Program-made: the position numbers and the translations under genes | Notes under the pieces: model-generated | Seen by the model: the letters and a program-made list of their open reading frames with translations, nothing else | What the model was told of the DNA's origin: nothing | Database searches by the model: none | Part shown: piece by piece, positions 42,175 to 55,760 of the stretch | How the letters are laid out: each line of letters opens with the position of its first letter | Position numbering within the stretch: the stretch's first letter is position 1 | From: Octopus sinensis | Taxonomy: Eukaryota | Reading direction: 5' to 3' | Length of the DNA: 64,000 nucleotides | NCBI RefSeq assembly: GCF_006345805.1 | Contig: NC_043010.1 | Coordinates: 40,176,001-40,240,000, forward strand

Positions 42175-42894
42175 GTTAGAAATGGTTAAGTTTTGGCTTA
42201 TATTTTTCCATGAAGTAGGCTTCCTTATTTCATCTAACTGTATTGGTGTTCCAATGGCGCAGAGATAGAATGGAAAGATTACAAATTGTGGTAGCAGTCA
42301 CTAAATTATACTCTTCTGCATTATGGGACAGAAATCTGCTGTCGGTGCAGAGTTCATCTACGTCTAAGTGATAATCCCGTGAACCCTATGTAGTTTTGGT
42401 GGCATCCGAGCGTCTTATAACATAAATTAGGTTTTCTGAAGCACAAATAATGTCAGATTTGATTTTGAATTTGTGCCCCTCTTTGAAAAGGAATTCTGCT
42501 CCTTCTAGAAGATTTGGGCATGTTGCGCAATTTGGTCGACCACATTTTTTTTTATTTTTGCGTCCGTTATTTTAGAAAATAATTTTGCCTTTGTGAAAAT
42601 CTTTTTTAGTGATTTCGGTTGTTTGTGGCTTTTGATAATCTTATGTATGTGTAATTTGGGGTCCTTATGTAGCATTGGTAAATTTTGGGTGATGATGGTG
42701 AAGGCATCTTTGTTTCTGGGGTTGTATATGCATATGTACGACAGTATTTTCGGGGAAGGTGTGTTGCTGTGTTGAACTGTTCATAAGGTTTCTATGTCGA
42801 TTTGTGTTGCACGTCTGATTCCATTCTCTATGAGTTAAACTAGGTAGTGTCTGTCAATTAGGGTATTTTGTGTTCTTGCAGTCAAAGATCTTTT
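42175..42894 (-). pseudogene. Penelope-like element: linker and GIY-YIG endonuclease, decayed
   Basis: The minus strand gives LIENGIRRATQI...YNPRNKDAF...KQPKSLKKI...CGRPNCATC...C.SENLIYVI...C..NYIGFTG.SLRRR.TLHRQQI...KEAYFMEKYKPKLN. Confidence 0.9.
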
Positions 42895-43095
42895 ACATAC
42901 AGTTCGCAATGGAGTACAACCAAAAGGAGCTCCCATTCCTGGACATATTAATTTAAAAAATTAACCTAAAAGTAGAAACGGACATATTTTACAAAACCAT
43001 AGACGCCAAACAATATCTACTATTTAATTCATGCCTCCCAAGACAGAGCAAAACAAACATCCCCTTGAACATTATAAGAAGGATATATATTAATA
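42895..43095 (+). pseudogene. Penelope-like RT C-terminal (thumb) fragment, inverted relative to the adjacent part
   Basis: IQFAMEYNQKELPFLDILI*KINLKVETDIFYKTIDAKQYLLFNSCLPRQSKTNIPLNIIRRIY. Confidence 0.9.
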
Positions 43096-43169
43096 ACAAT
43101 ATTAATAATGATAATAATAATTTATTACACCAGTAATTTTATTTAAACTTGTATATGCGTGTAATGTAC

Positions 43170-43204
<35 letters not shown>

Positions 43205-43335
43205 TATATGTATATATAAACCTATATGTACGTATAGCATTGATGTATATATATACGTTTCTATGTTAATAAGCGTCTGTTTATATAACTATATAAGGAT
43301 GTTTGTGCATGTGTGTATGTATGTATATACATACA

Positions 43336-43435
<100 letters not shown>

Positions 43436-43883
43436 CATATATATATACACACATTTATGGATATGATATCATGCATATTAATATATGTATGCTTACATAA
43501 ATATGTGTCTGTGTGTGTGTCTTTGGTTGTCTAAATAAGTCTATGTCTGTATGAACGTGCATAAAAACACACTCGAAACCAAAAACATTACAAGCATAAC
43601 TAAAATATCAAGAAATGAAAGATTTAATGATTACCGTAGGCTTCTGACGTTCCTCTCATAAAGTTCAAATTGCTCAAAACTATATTGTTATTAGTGGAGA
43701 TATTTTCAAACTGTTTTATTTGGGAACGTTATGAATATTCAAGTGCATATCTTGGGGGTAATTAAATAGCAATTACCATTTCAAAATTATCGACGGTCGC
43801 CTTAATATCGTGTTCAACGTAAAGATCGGAAAATTAAATAAATGGTGGTATATATACAATATATATATGCATGTATATGCTCT

Positions 43884-44276
43884 CTCTTACTCTTTTACTC
43901 TTTTACTTGTTTCAGTCATTTGACTTCGGCCATGCTGGAGCACCGCCTTTAATCGAGCAACTCGACCCCGGAACTAATTCTTTGTATGCCCAGTACTTAT
44001 TCTATCGGTCTCTGTTGCCGAACCGCTAGATGACGGGGAAATAAACACACCAGCATCGGTTGTCAAGCAATGCTAGGGGGACAAACACAAACATACACGC
44101 ATACATATATATGCATATATACGACTGGCTTCTTTCAGTTTCCCTCTACCAAATGCACTTACAAGGCTTTGGTCGGCCTGAGGCTATAGTAGAAGACACT
44201 TGCCGAAGGTGCCATGAAGTGGGACCGAACCAGGAACCATGTGGCTGGTAAACAAGCTACTTAACACACAGCCACA

Positions 44277-44281
<5 letters not shown>
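43884..44281 (-). mobile_element. SINE family A, full length
   Basis: Reverse complement of the family A consensus seen at 24723. Confidence 0.9.
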
Positions 44282-44317
<36 letters not shown>

Positions 44318-44486
44318 CATAAGGGACTAAAGCCATCTGAATATGGCTAGGGACAGGGCAGGGTGGTGGGGGTTTTACTGTTGCATTTAGCCCCAGGCGA
44401 ACATCAACGTCGCCAGATAGGCTTGACACCATCACGGCGTCCTTTATCCTGCAAAGGGAGATAATTCCCCGATGAAGCGGAAACCA

Positions 44487-44532
44487 CACACGGACCTAGG
44501 TTTCAAGGTGTATTGCCTATCATCAACGTGTG
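44487..44532 (-). ncRNA. Hammerhead motif (C3U variant) in the left arm of the palindrome
   Basis: Exact reverse complement of 44913-44958. Confidence 0.7.
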
Positions 44533-44912
44533 GTAGGCCCCCGCTTCCTCGACGAACAACTCACTCTGCAGGATATTTATATATAGATTTTCAAGCAAAA
44601 TACATTTGCTGATTTCGAAAATCTGTTCGACAGCAATAATAATTCTCTAAATGAGATATAGACAGTAACTGCTCCATAACATAAGGGACTAAAGCCATCT
44701 GAATATGGCTAGGGACAGGGCAGGGTGGTGGGGGTGTCACTGTTGCATTTAGCCCGTCCCTTATGTTATGGAGCAGTTACTGTCTATATCTCATTTAGAG
44801 AATTATTATTGCTGTCGAACAGATTTTCGAAATCAGCAAATGTATTTTGCTTGAAAATCTATATATAAATATCCTGCAGAGTGAGTTGTTCGTCGAGGAA
44901 GCGGGGGCCTAC

Positions 44913-44958
44913 CACACGTTGATGATAGGCAATACACCTTGAAACCTAGGTCCGTGTG
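44913..44958 (+). ncRNA. Hammerhead motif (C3U variant) in the right arm of the palindrome
   Basis: CACACG-UUGAUGA-U-AGG-CAAUACA-CCU-U-GAAAC-CUAG-GUC-CGUGUG. Confidence 0.7.
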
Positions 44959-45173
44959 TGGTTTCCGCTTCATCGGGGAATTATCTCCCTTTGCAGGATA
45001 AAGGACGCCGTGATGGTGTCAAGCCTATCTGGCGACGTTGATGTTCGCCTGGGGCTAAATGCAACAGTAACACCCCCACCACCCTGCCCTGTCCCTAGCC
45101 ATATTCAGATGGCTTTAGTCCCTTATGTTATGGAGCAGTTACTGTCTATATCTCATTTAGAGAATTATTATTG

Positions 45174-45281
<108 letters not shown>

Positions 45282-45425
45282 GTGTATATATATATACATA
45301 TATATATACATATACATATGTATATATATATATATAATATATATATATATGTATATATATGCATATATATATGTATATATATATATACATGTATGTATAT
45401 ATGTATATCCATGTATATATATATG

Positions 45426-45456
<31 letters not shown>

Positions 45457-46544
45457 TAATATATATATATATATATTATGTATATCCATGTATATATATA
45501 TATATATATATATATATGTCTGTATGTATGTATTTATTTACAATAGATATATACACATGTCTACATATTAATTTTTGTGTTCAGTCACTATCTGTATACA
45601 TTCGTATGATAAGGAGTGAGTGTTCTACAGGTCGCTCAGAGTGGTCAATTACCCATTTAGCCTGCCTGTTTAACTGTGAGTTAACAATCCACGTTCTGTT
45701 GAAGAAGTGTATGCGCACATATATAAGTGTGTTAATGGGCGTTTATGCTCTCGCGCACGTGCGCGCGTGTGTGTATGTGTGTATGTTTGTGTGTGTATTA
45801 AAATGCAAAATGGAAAAACAAAATATTTTGCATCGCCCGAAAAACAATTTAAATATAGTACTCATACAGAATCTACATGAAATGTTCCTCGAGTGATACC
45901 AAACATTTTTGCTTTTTCATTTTCTATTTTCATTTATATCGACCCGCTCAAGAAGGAGCCACTTCTAGCCGCCTTCGATAGGCGGTCCTAGCTCCAAAAT
46001 TTTCAGTTCCAGTTCCAACCGGAGTTTTAGTAGTAGAACAAGCTGAGCATTCATAGTACATATATATTACATTAATTCATTTCATAAAAAACTTCTATAT
46101 ATCTCGTGAACCCAGCATAATTCTTCCAAACAGTATGTATTTTACTTGTAAAATTAAGCGTTACCAAAACAAAAATGTACATCGTATTTCTTTACAGAGT
46201 CTCTTTATTATTCTTATGAGGACTTACAATTCTAAATTACATAATCTATATTCTCTAATCAACAGACACACTTGTCCAGCTCCCGGCAAAATCAAACTCA
46301 TCAATATCCTCAATGTGACTTTATAAGAAAAACACATATATGACTGAAATCACACTTACGCATCCCTCGCAAAAAAAAAGAAAATTCGGTTTTATATATA
46401 GATATACTCTTTACTCTTTTACTCCTTTATACATAGATATATGTATAGATATTGTTTGTGTGGTGGGGTATGTATGTGCGCGTATGTGTGTGTATTTTTA
46501 TTTATAATATAGAGGCATAAACGTATACTGCGAAATACTCTTTT

Positions 46545-46842
46545 CTTTTCTTTCTTTGTATACTTGTTTCAGTACTCATTCTATCAGAACGTTTTGCCGA
46601 ACTTCTAGTTTACAGGGACGTAAAACCACCAACACCGGTTGTCAATCAGTAACAAACAGACAAAAAGACACACACACACACACACGTTTTAGGGCGGTCT
46701 TCTTCAGTGTCCTTCTAACAAAACCACTCGCAATGTTTTCGTTGACCGAAGGCGATAGTAGATGACATATGCCCAATGTGCTACGTAGTGGTACTGAACC
46801 CGAAACCATGTGTGGGAAGCAAGCTTCTTACCTCACAGCCTT
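46545..46842 (-). mobile_element. SINE family A, diverged
   Basis: Degenerate match along head, core and tail. Confidence 0.75.
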
Positions 46843-46854
46843 AGAGAGACAGAA

Positions 46855-46902
<48 letters not shown>

Positions 46903-47363
46903 AGAGAATGAGAGAGCTTGTTTGATAGGGAGAGATTGATTGACATATGCGCTATATAAGTGTGTATATTTGTGTAACATTCTGGAAAATCCTGTAGAGG
47001 AAGACCAGCGGTTGTTTTTATTATATATAATTCAATTGTACGATAATATTTTCTGGAACTTTCATTGTTAATGTACAGAAGGAACGAGCCACAAATAATT
47101 TCTTGGAATATTTTGTTAACATATAACCACATTACCTAGCGCGCACACGTTTATGTGTATATGTGGGCGTGTGACGTATGCATATCTATGTCCATATAAG
47201 TGTATATATTTTTCAATATACATATATATATACACACTCACACACACATTTATACATATATATTTCAAAACTCCAGCGAATTCCTGTTTGATATATGTAC
47301 ATGTATATTATGTATTTATCTATTTAACTTTCTCTCTCTCTCTCAGTACATATGCATATACAT

Positions 47364-47442
<79 letters not shown>

Positions 47443-47861
47443 TATATATAGTAAAATAGAACATGGAGCGTTATGAATTGAACAGAATTTTAAAATATAG
47501 AATACATACTTCGAAACAGAAAAAAAAAAGAACAAATGGGGAATTTTCTGTTTGTTAATTAGAGAGAAAAGTGTAAATAAAAGGTTTTTCACTTTAAGTT
47601 TAAAAATAAGACTTAACGATCAATAAATACTTTTGTGACGAAAACCCGGAAGCGATAGTTTGCTAAAGCAACCTGACTACTCTTTTTCCATTCTCATTTT
47701 CAATATTCTATGCGTGTATGCTTTTTACAACCAAACAACTGCCTTTTATGAGAAATTGTCACAATTATAATATACTTTCCAGTGTATACAACATGCCGCG
47801 TATAGCTATTTATATACACATATATGCATTAAGTAGATGCATATGAATATACAGATGTGTA

Positions 47862-48011
47862 TAGGCGCAGGTCTGGCTGTGTGGTGAGTCGCTTGTTTAC
47901 CAACCACATGATTGCGGGTTCAGTCAAGTGTCTTCTACTATAGCCTCGGGCCGACCAAAGCCTTGTGAGTGGATTTGGTAGACGGAAACTGAAAGAAGCC
48001 CGTCGTATATA

Positions 48012-48078
<67 letters not shown>

Positions 48079-48298
48079 ATGTGTGTGAGCTTGTATATCT
48101 GTGTTTGTCCCCCCAACATCACTTGACAACCGATGCTGGTGTGTTTATGTCCCCGTCACTTAGCGGTTCGGCAAAGAGACCGATAGAATAAGTACTGGGC
48201 TTACAAAGAATAAGTCCCTGTGTTAGTTTCCCGATTAAAGGCGGTGCTCCAGCATGACCGCAGTCAAATGACTGAAACAAGTAAAAGAGTAAAAAAGA

Positions 48299-48299
<1 letters not shown>
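47862..48299 (+). mobile_element. SINE family A, full length
   Basis: Same consensus as the 24723 copy, with a small deletion in the head. Confidence 0.9.
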
Positions 48300-48337
<38 letters not shown>

Positions 48338-49052
48338 TGTATGCATGTATATAAGTGTATGTATGTCTATGTACATATATATATATATGCATATATATAC
48401 ATATACATATATACATGTATGTATTCATAATTATGTATACATTAATGTGCATATATGTGTGCGTGCGTGACAGTTGTTAACGCATTTTCATGTTTGTATA
48501 ACTTTCTTCTGCATATGGGAAAAAGTATTGTCAGAAAAGGATAAGCGGCAGATTATATTGCTTTTTACTTCTGTCTATTCTTGTGATTGGTAATTTGTAA
48601 ATGTCCACCGGCATTAAGTAAACAAACAGTCACCACATATAAAGTTTTAGAAATACATTTGACAGCGAAATTTCAGCTACACTCCGAAACACGTTAGTTA
48701 TAATAGATTAATAATGGTACATGTCGAACGACGTTTGGTTGAGCCATTCATTCATTGCAAGTTGGTATGACATAAAACTGAAACGATTATGAAGATTTGT
48801 AGAAATTATAAATATTATTATGATAAATTTCATGATTGCCAACAAAGAAATAAAATCATTGTGCATAATTTTATTAAACATAACACTTCTAAATATAAAT
48901 TTTCTAGATAGTTTCACAAATAAATTTATTCAATTACATTATAAGCATCAGTTAGCAATAGAAGGCTTTAAAATGATTCTATAATAATAAAGACGTATAC
49001 AGAAACACTCGCACACACACATTGAAACATACACACATATATGCATATATAC

Positions 49053-49146
<94 letters not shown>

Positions 49147-49199
49147 AAATATATTTAGATAGATAGATAGATAATTAGACAGATGGATGGATAGATAGA

Positions 49200-49470
49200 T
49201 ATGTTTCTTTATTAGTCACACAGAGCTGCACATAGACGAGACAGATTACAAAGTAGAGCTTTTCTTTTTTGGGGAGAGAAAAAATGTGGGTTAGGTTTTC
49301 TATCAAAAGGGATCGTAAAAGGGAAAGAAGAAAAAAGAAGGAAAAACGGGGAAAAAACGATCAATAGGGATCATGTAACACAGTGTCATGGTGTAAAGTG
49401 TAAAGGGGGAAGCAGATAAGGTTTATCCGTGTGAAGAAAAACCTACAGAAAAGACCCACGGTAACTTCGG
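49200..49470 (-). mobile_element. Tx1/L1 LINE 3' UTR, third copy, next to (TAGA)n
   Basis: Similar to 9740-9990 and 40285-40480, ending in AATAAAGAAACAT followed by (TCTA)n. Confidence 0.65.
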
Positions 49471-49591
49471 TCAATGATGTTACATGTTACCACATATATG
49501 AGCGTCAATAATACTTTAATTGTTCCACGTCCTGCGTTGCTGTGTTTTTTTTCTCTTTTTTTCTCTTTTTTTCTGTGTTTTCTTGTTGGAT

Positions 49592-49623
<32 letters not shown>

Positions 49624-49624
49624 G

Positions 49625-49815
<191 letters not shown>

Positions 49816-51608
49816 GGATGGATGTATGGATGGATGGATGGATGGATGGATGGATAGATAGATAGATAGATAGAAAGATAAATATTACGCTATGGGCCCA
49901 ACGAAAAATAAAACACGGTGGAAGACAAGTTTTAACGCGTATTAATTTAATGCTTAAAACGATGGCAAAGAGTCACTAATTGTGACTATGCTAACTGTAC
50001 TCTTATAACAAACCATACCTTCATACTCCTTCCCATTTGTAATTTAAAATATAACCTTATTTACCTTATAACTTTCACCCTCCTGTAGAATGCACCAGGT
50101 ACTGGGAACAACGCCTTGGTGAAGATCGTACTGAGATGATTTTTTTTTCCAACGGTTTCCTATAAAGTCACAACTCATCTTAGACTAACGACCAACAGCC
50201 AGAATATTTTCTTATTCTTTGTGCTTTTTTTCTGTATTGAGCCTTCCTATTAGAATGCTCTTAACCCATTAGCATCTATACCGGCATTATTTAGCCCACG
50301 TTTTCTGTTTTATGTGAAAATTGCCAGATTCGACTTCGCAAATTTACCTCACAACGTCGTTCTAAATATATGCAATTACATCAACAAATTCTCGACGTTT
50401 TGTAGCAAATTTGCTGTGTAGTTTGAGTGCTTCGCAACATGATATGGTTCTTGGATTGTTTTGTCACTATGAGAAAGACACTTATATGCATGTTAATCCC
50501 ACTAGCCCAAACATCGCCAAAAGTTATGTCTGCACTGAATTTATTTATATTTTGTGCCACAATGATGACTGCCAACCAAGGATTGACTGAATTAACAACA
50601 GCTTTGACGATTACCCTTATGTTCGTTCTCGTGTGACTTGCGTATGATAAAAGGTATTATATACAGTTTGCGCTTCCTCTTCAAATCCATTCTGAGTTTT
50701 ACAAATGTAATATGCGGTGCTATATTCACTCAAATTTTACTTGAAATAACAACCAGTGTTCCTTCCAAAAAATATTCCTTGAATAGAGCAATAATGCTAT
50801 GGCGGTAGTAAAGCACAAATAGTTACCCTTCGCCCCACATGTACTTCTGTGGTAGATTCTGTTAGACCGGTGTCTGCCCAGCTATCAAGAAAATGGACCA
50901 GATCTTCAAACTGAAAATAACATCTGCCGTCATTTCTCCCATCTATCTTGACTAACTTGCAGTAAGGTTAAAGATTCCACTGTTCCTGGCCATAACCATA
51001 ATCTAACCAGGATTTCTTACACTTTGTAGCTCAGACGAATCATTATTAAGAATAATGTTATTCAAACAGAATCTTCTGGATATTCTCAATGAAAGCCATG
51101 AAGATCATTCAATGCTTCATCTATATTACAGTGATGACGCAATTTACTGAAGCTATCAAATTCTCTGATTGTTAAGCTCTTGCAACTGAAAGATTGTCTC
51201 TGGAGTGCTAAGTGTCTTTGTCATACACAACATCATTGCGAATCACCGACCTTCGACAGTGAATTATTGTTCTGAATCGATCGTTCCTTGTTTTATTTAT
51301 AGAGAATATATTAAACTGCAACGTGTTTAGATGGAAATAGCAAGAACAAAGTTGAAAATTGCAGTGGAAGCTTAAAATGCAAATAACTTAGCAAAAGCAA
51401 TATCTGCTAAATATATTTAAAACTGATAGATTTATAAAGTTGTAAGAAATATATTTGAAGAACTCGTAATACATTTCTACCTTGTAAATAAAGCCGTGCC
51501 ATATATATAAACTTATACCGTAGACTTAAATACTACAATTCATAAGATACTTTATACGATCGAAATATAAAACTATACTTCAATAAGCTTGGAATAATAA
51601 TAAAAATG

Positions 51609-51680
<72 letters not shown>

Positions 51681-51729
51681 TGATAATAATGATAATAATG
51701 ATGATGATGATGATGATGATGATGATTAG

Positions 51730-52515
51730 AGTGGAAGATATGAAAGCTCCTAATAAGGCAAGGAGCCATCATCCATGTGCAGACATGATCACTTATAAAC
51801 GAAGAGAGCGAAAGAAAGAAGAGGACTGATAAGTGTAGAAGACTGCGTGCATATTGAACTCTTGAGCTTACGGAGATGCCTAGCCAATGGAAGGAAACCT
51901 TGCTGCTATCAATTAGGTACGTTAGCGTATTGAAAGCAGAGAAAAAGGAAAAGAAAACAACAAGTACAAAAAGAACATGAAGAAGGACTATGCGATAAGA
52001 GACTATACAATCATTCCTCGTAGTCACAACTGAAGTTACTGGAAAACATAGGTGGGAATGGCTGAAGAAAGGACAACTGAAAGAACAGAATGGGAGCGCA
52101 AGCAATGCCCATAAACTGGAGGATCAGCCTTAGGTATGAACAGGTCTCTCCACTGTGCCGCATCTGTAATAGAGTTTCCAGAACCATTATCCATATCGTG
52201 AACGAATATCCTAGATTTGCCCAAAATCATTGCAAGTTGTGACGACAATATGTTGTAGCCATGTTCTACACTGGAGACTATGCGAAAATTGAGGTATGGA
52301 GAGGTGCTAGACGTGGAATGAGTACAAATTGAAAAGAGGGACCGAGTCGGAGACATGAAAAATCCTAAGAGATTTATCAACCCAAACAGACCAGGTGCTT
52401 GAGCACAAGTTGAACCTAGTATTGATGAACAAGGCGAATCACATGTCCTATATAACTGATGCTCCGTGTCCATTTGACCCACGAATTGTCAAAAGGGAAG
52501 GAGAAAAATAGACAT
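51730..52515 (+). pseudogene. R4/Dong-type LINE remnant (post-RT region, CCHC knuckle, RLE)
   Basis: Across frameshifts it reads HHPCAD...GLISVEDCVHIE; WEWLKKGQLK; SPLCRICN...TIIHIVNEYP; KILRD..TQTDQVLEH...ITDAPCPFDPRIVKREGEK. Confidence 0.8.
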
Positions 52516-52787
52516 ATACAATCCGAAAATGAAAGAAATCCGTCGTATATATAAGTATGTGTGTATATAAATTTTTGTGCGTCTAAGTTTGTCCACCCAA
52601 CATCGTTTGACAACCGATGCTGGTGTCTTTATGTCCCCGTCACTTGGCGGTTCGGTAAGATAGACCGATGGAATAAGTACTAGGCTTACAAAGAATAAGT
52701 CCTGGGGTCGATTTGCTCGACTAAAGACGGTGCTCTAGCATGGTCGCGGTCAAATGACTGAAACAAATAAAATAATAAAAGAATAAA
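52516..52787 (+). mobile_element. SINE family A, 3' half
   Basis: GAAAGAAATCCGTCGTATAT ... CAAATGACTGAAACAAATAAAA. Confidence 0.8.
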
Positions 52788-52810
52788 ATTATATATATAT
52801 ATATGTGTGT

Positions 52811-52850
<40 letters not shown>

Positions 52851-53017
52851 GTGTGTGTATAACAAGTAATGCTCAATATGGCTGTCTGTTCGAACGGACT
52901 TTACTGCGATTTTTTAACGCCAAGAGGACATCTCCTGTAGCTGGTTAACGATGTACATCTGCATCCGAGATATGGCGAGCAGAGGAGCAAACCTCTACCA
53001 CGTTCTAGCGACGGTAA

Positions 53018-53065
53018 CAGTAGTCCAGCCTGGTTTCGGGCTACTTCTGCCTCTCTTCAGTACTG
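53018..53065 (-). ncRNA. Hammerhead motif with U16.1A substitution (probably inactive)
   Basis: CAGUA-CUGAAGA-GAGGC-AGAAGUA-GCCC-GAAA-CCAGGCUGG-AC-UACUG. Confidence 0.6.
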
Positions 53066-54094
53066 GGCACCTCCTCTACTAGAGATAGCAGTAGCTCGCT
53101 TATGGTTTTTCTACGTTAATTAGGAGTTACAAGACCACACTTTCAGCTCCCGACCACATGTTATGTTTCTCAGCTCTAAACTCAACACATATTACGTTAC
53201 AAAATTTTTGATTAGCGACGAGCCTCCATTATTGCCAATATCTTCGGCAATTCAGCTGGCCGATGCATTTTAGAATAAACAGTTATTGGTCTCATTATGT
53301 TTATTAATCACCTCATCTCCATTTTAGTCTTAATAACCACATAATGCCCTGTGTGTTTTGTTTCAATCTACGGGGAAGATATCGCTCCATATATGCCCAG
53401 GGTTTCTATGCAGCAATTTGGTCTCGGTGAGATCATTGGAGGGCTTAGTAGAGAGTCCTCGGTTTTCTTCGATACGGAGTTATGTCTCTTTTCTCTTTGC
53501 TCGTTCTTAGAGACGTCGCTTAGGTTTAGTGGTACATTGATTTACAACACACTGTTGCTCCGCTTCTTCCTCTAACTTCATTCTTTCTATGTCAATATAT
53601 GTATACCGAGGCTCAGCAGGATTATCGATAACATTTATTCCATTTCCAATAGCATTTTGCTCTTAGCAAAATGGTTGTGTGCAACTGTTGAGATTTTAGG
53701 TTGCTGAAAAACGATACACAAAATGATATTCTCACAAAATGTAGTGGCAGAAGCAGATGGAAACGTACCATTTGTATCAGTAAGAGAAGACTAAAAGTGC
53801 GCTTCAGAAGACATAATGAACGCTGACGTGCAACAAGTTTCTCGGACTAAAGTAGTTACTCGGAAGGTATCTTGTCTGCAGGACACCTGACAACTCAGGT
53901 TCAAACACAAGCAACACACATTTCACCAGTACCAGGAGTCAAAACCCATATGCTGCTGCTCGGCTCCTCAACAGCTTGAAAAATCACATGCCGAAACACC
54001 AGTATGGTGAGGGTTTCTTTTTTGAAGACCTCCAACTATTTAGTTCTACCTTGAATATCTTACTACCTGTATATACACACAGACACATACACGT

Positions 54095-54352
54095 ACGTAA
54101 GTACATACATGCATACATACATACATACATACATACATACATACATACATACAAAAATACATACATACATACATACATACATACATACATACACACACAC
54201 ATACATACATACATACATACATACATACATACATACATTCATACATACATACATTCATACATACATACATACATAAATACATACACACATACATACATAC
54301 ATACACACATGCATACATACATACATACATACATACATACATACATACATAC
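54095..54352. repeat. (TACA)n microsatellite
   Basis: Direct reading. Similar tracts lie at 16740-16860 and 17340-17700. Confidence 0.97.
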
Positions 54353-55049
54353 TCAGAGATCTTTTGTCTCACAGTTCTAGACACGTAAGAACAAGACACA
54401 TGAGTCGGACGGGCTCTTAATGGAACATCTCATTATGAAAATATATTGTATTTGCATGTGTGTGTGTGTGTGTGTGTGTGTATGTGGCCGGCTATATATG
54501 TGCGCATGCATGTGTGTACATCTGCGGATATTTGAGTGTTTCTTTTTAAATATGGAGGTATTTTTGTATCAGACCATCCGCAATGTATTCTCTTCCTAAA
54601 CCATGATATAAAGTTCTTTTTTTTTTTACTTATTCTTTTTATCTATTTTGATATCTTCACAGCTGTAATGAAAGTTTTCATACAGAGACTCATTATAAGG
54701 ATTTTCATATTGCAACGCACATTTCATTTCCGGTATATAACTGACAATTTCAGAAAGAGTAAATCACGTACCGAATACCTTTGTTTAAGAATCTGATACC
54801 GCGAGACGTAAAAGATATGGTCGAGAAACTTTCGGAGACAGTCTGGTTGAAGTGTATTAATAGGCTACTAGTCTGTTCAAGCAAATGCATTTCCTCGTTG
54901 ATATACATTCATTGTTAAGTGGCCTTAAAAGTCTCAGCATATCTCCTCTGACATTAACAGACTGCGTAACAATCGTACATTTATTCTCTGGCTGGTTTAA
55001 TATTTTCTTGTGGCTGACGTCTACTAATTCTCTTATGGGATAATGATTT

Positions 55050-55072
55050 TTTTGTTGTCTTATTACTATTAC

Positions 55073-55113
<41 letters not shown>

Positions 55114-55163
55114 TATTATTATTATAATCATCATCATCATCATCATTATCATCATCATCATCA

Positions 55164-55213
<50 letters not shown>

Positions 55214-55331
55214 TATTATTATTATTATAATCATCATCATCATCATCATTATCATCATCATCATCATCATTATTATTATTATTATTATTATTATATTATT
55301 ATTATATTATTATTATATTATTATTATTATA

Positions 55332-55383
<52 letters not shown>

Positions 55384-55397
55384 CATTATTATTATTA

Positions 55398-55433
<36 letters not shown>

Positions 55434-55470
55434 TATTATTATTATTATTTATTATTATTATTTTTGTCAT
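55050..55470. repeat. (ATT)n/(ATC)n compound trinucleotide repeat
   Basis: Direct reading. A complementary (TAA)n(TGA)n tract lies at 51595-51726. Confidence 0.97.
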
Positions 55471-55673
55471 CATGACTGGTGATTCATAATGCTTGTTCAG
55501 AACGGCCTAGTGTTGAAGTAGTGCCTTATTGTCAGATTGCTGACTATATTTTCGAGTGAAAAGCGCATTATTAAAAAAATATTTTCACACACACATACAA
55601 ACACACAAACACTCACACACATATCCATTCAAATACCTCCCACTATATATATCTATATCTTTGTTTGTATATG

Positions 55674-55760
<87 letters not shown>

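Noticed and set aside
52036-52482. 148-aa minus ORF
   Set aside because: It is the antisense frame of the plus-strand R4/Dong-type LINE remnant, whose knuckle and RLE motifs are recognisable.
53962-54013. Possible hammerhead in a PLE-like tail (CTTGAAAAATCACATGCCGAAACACC...)
   Set aside because: The core and helix II are too degenerate to align unambiguously.
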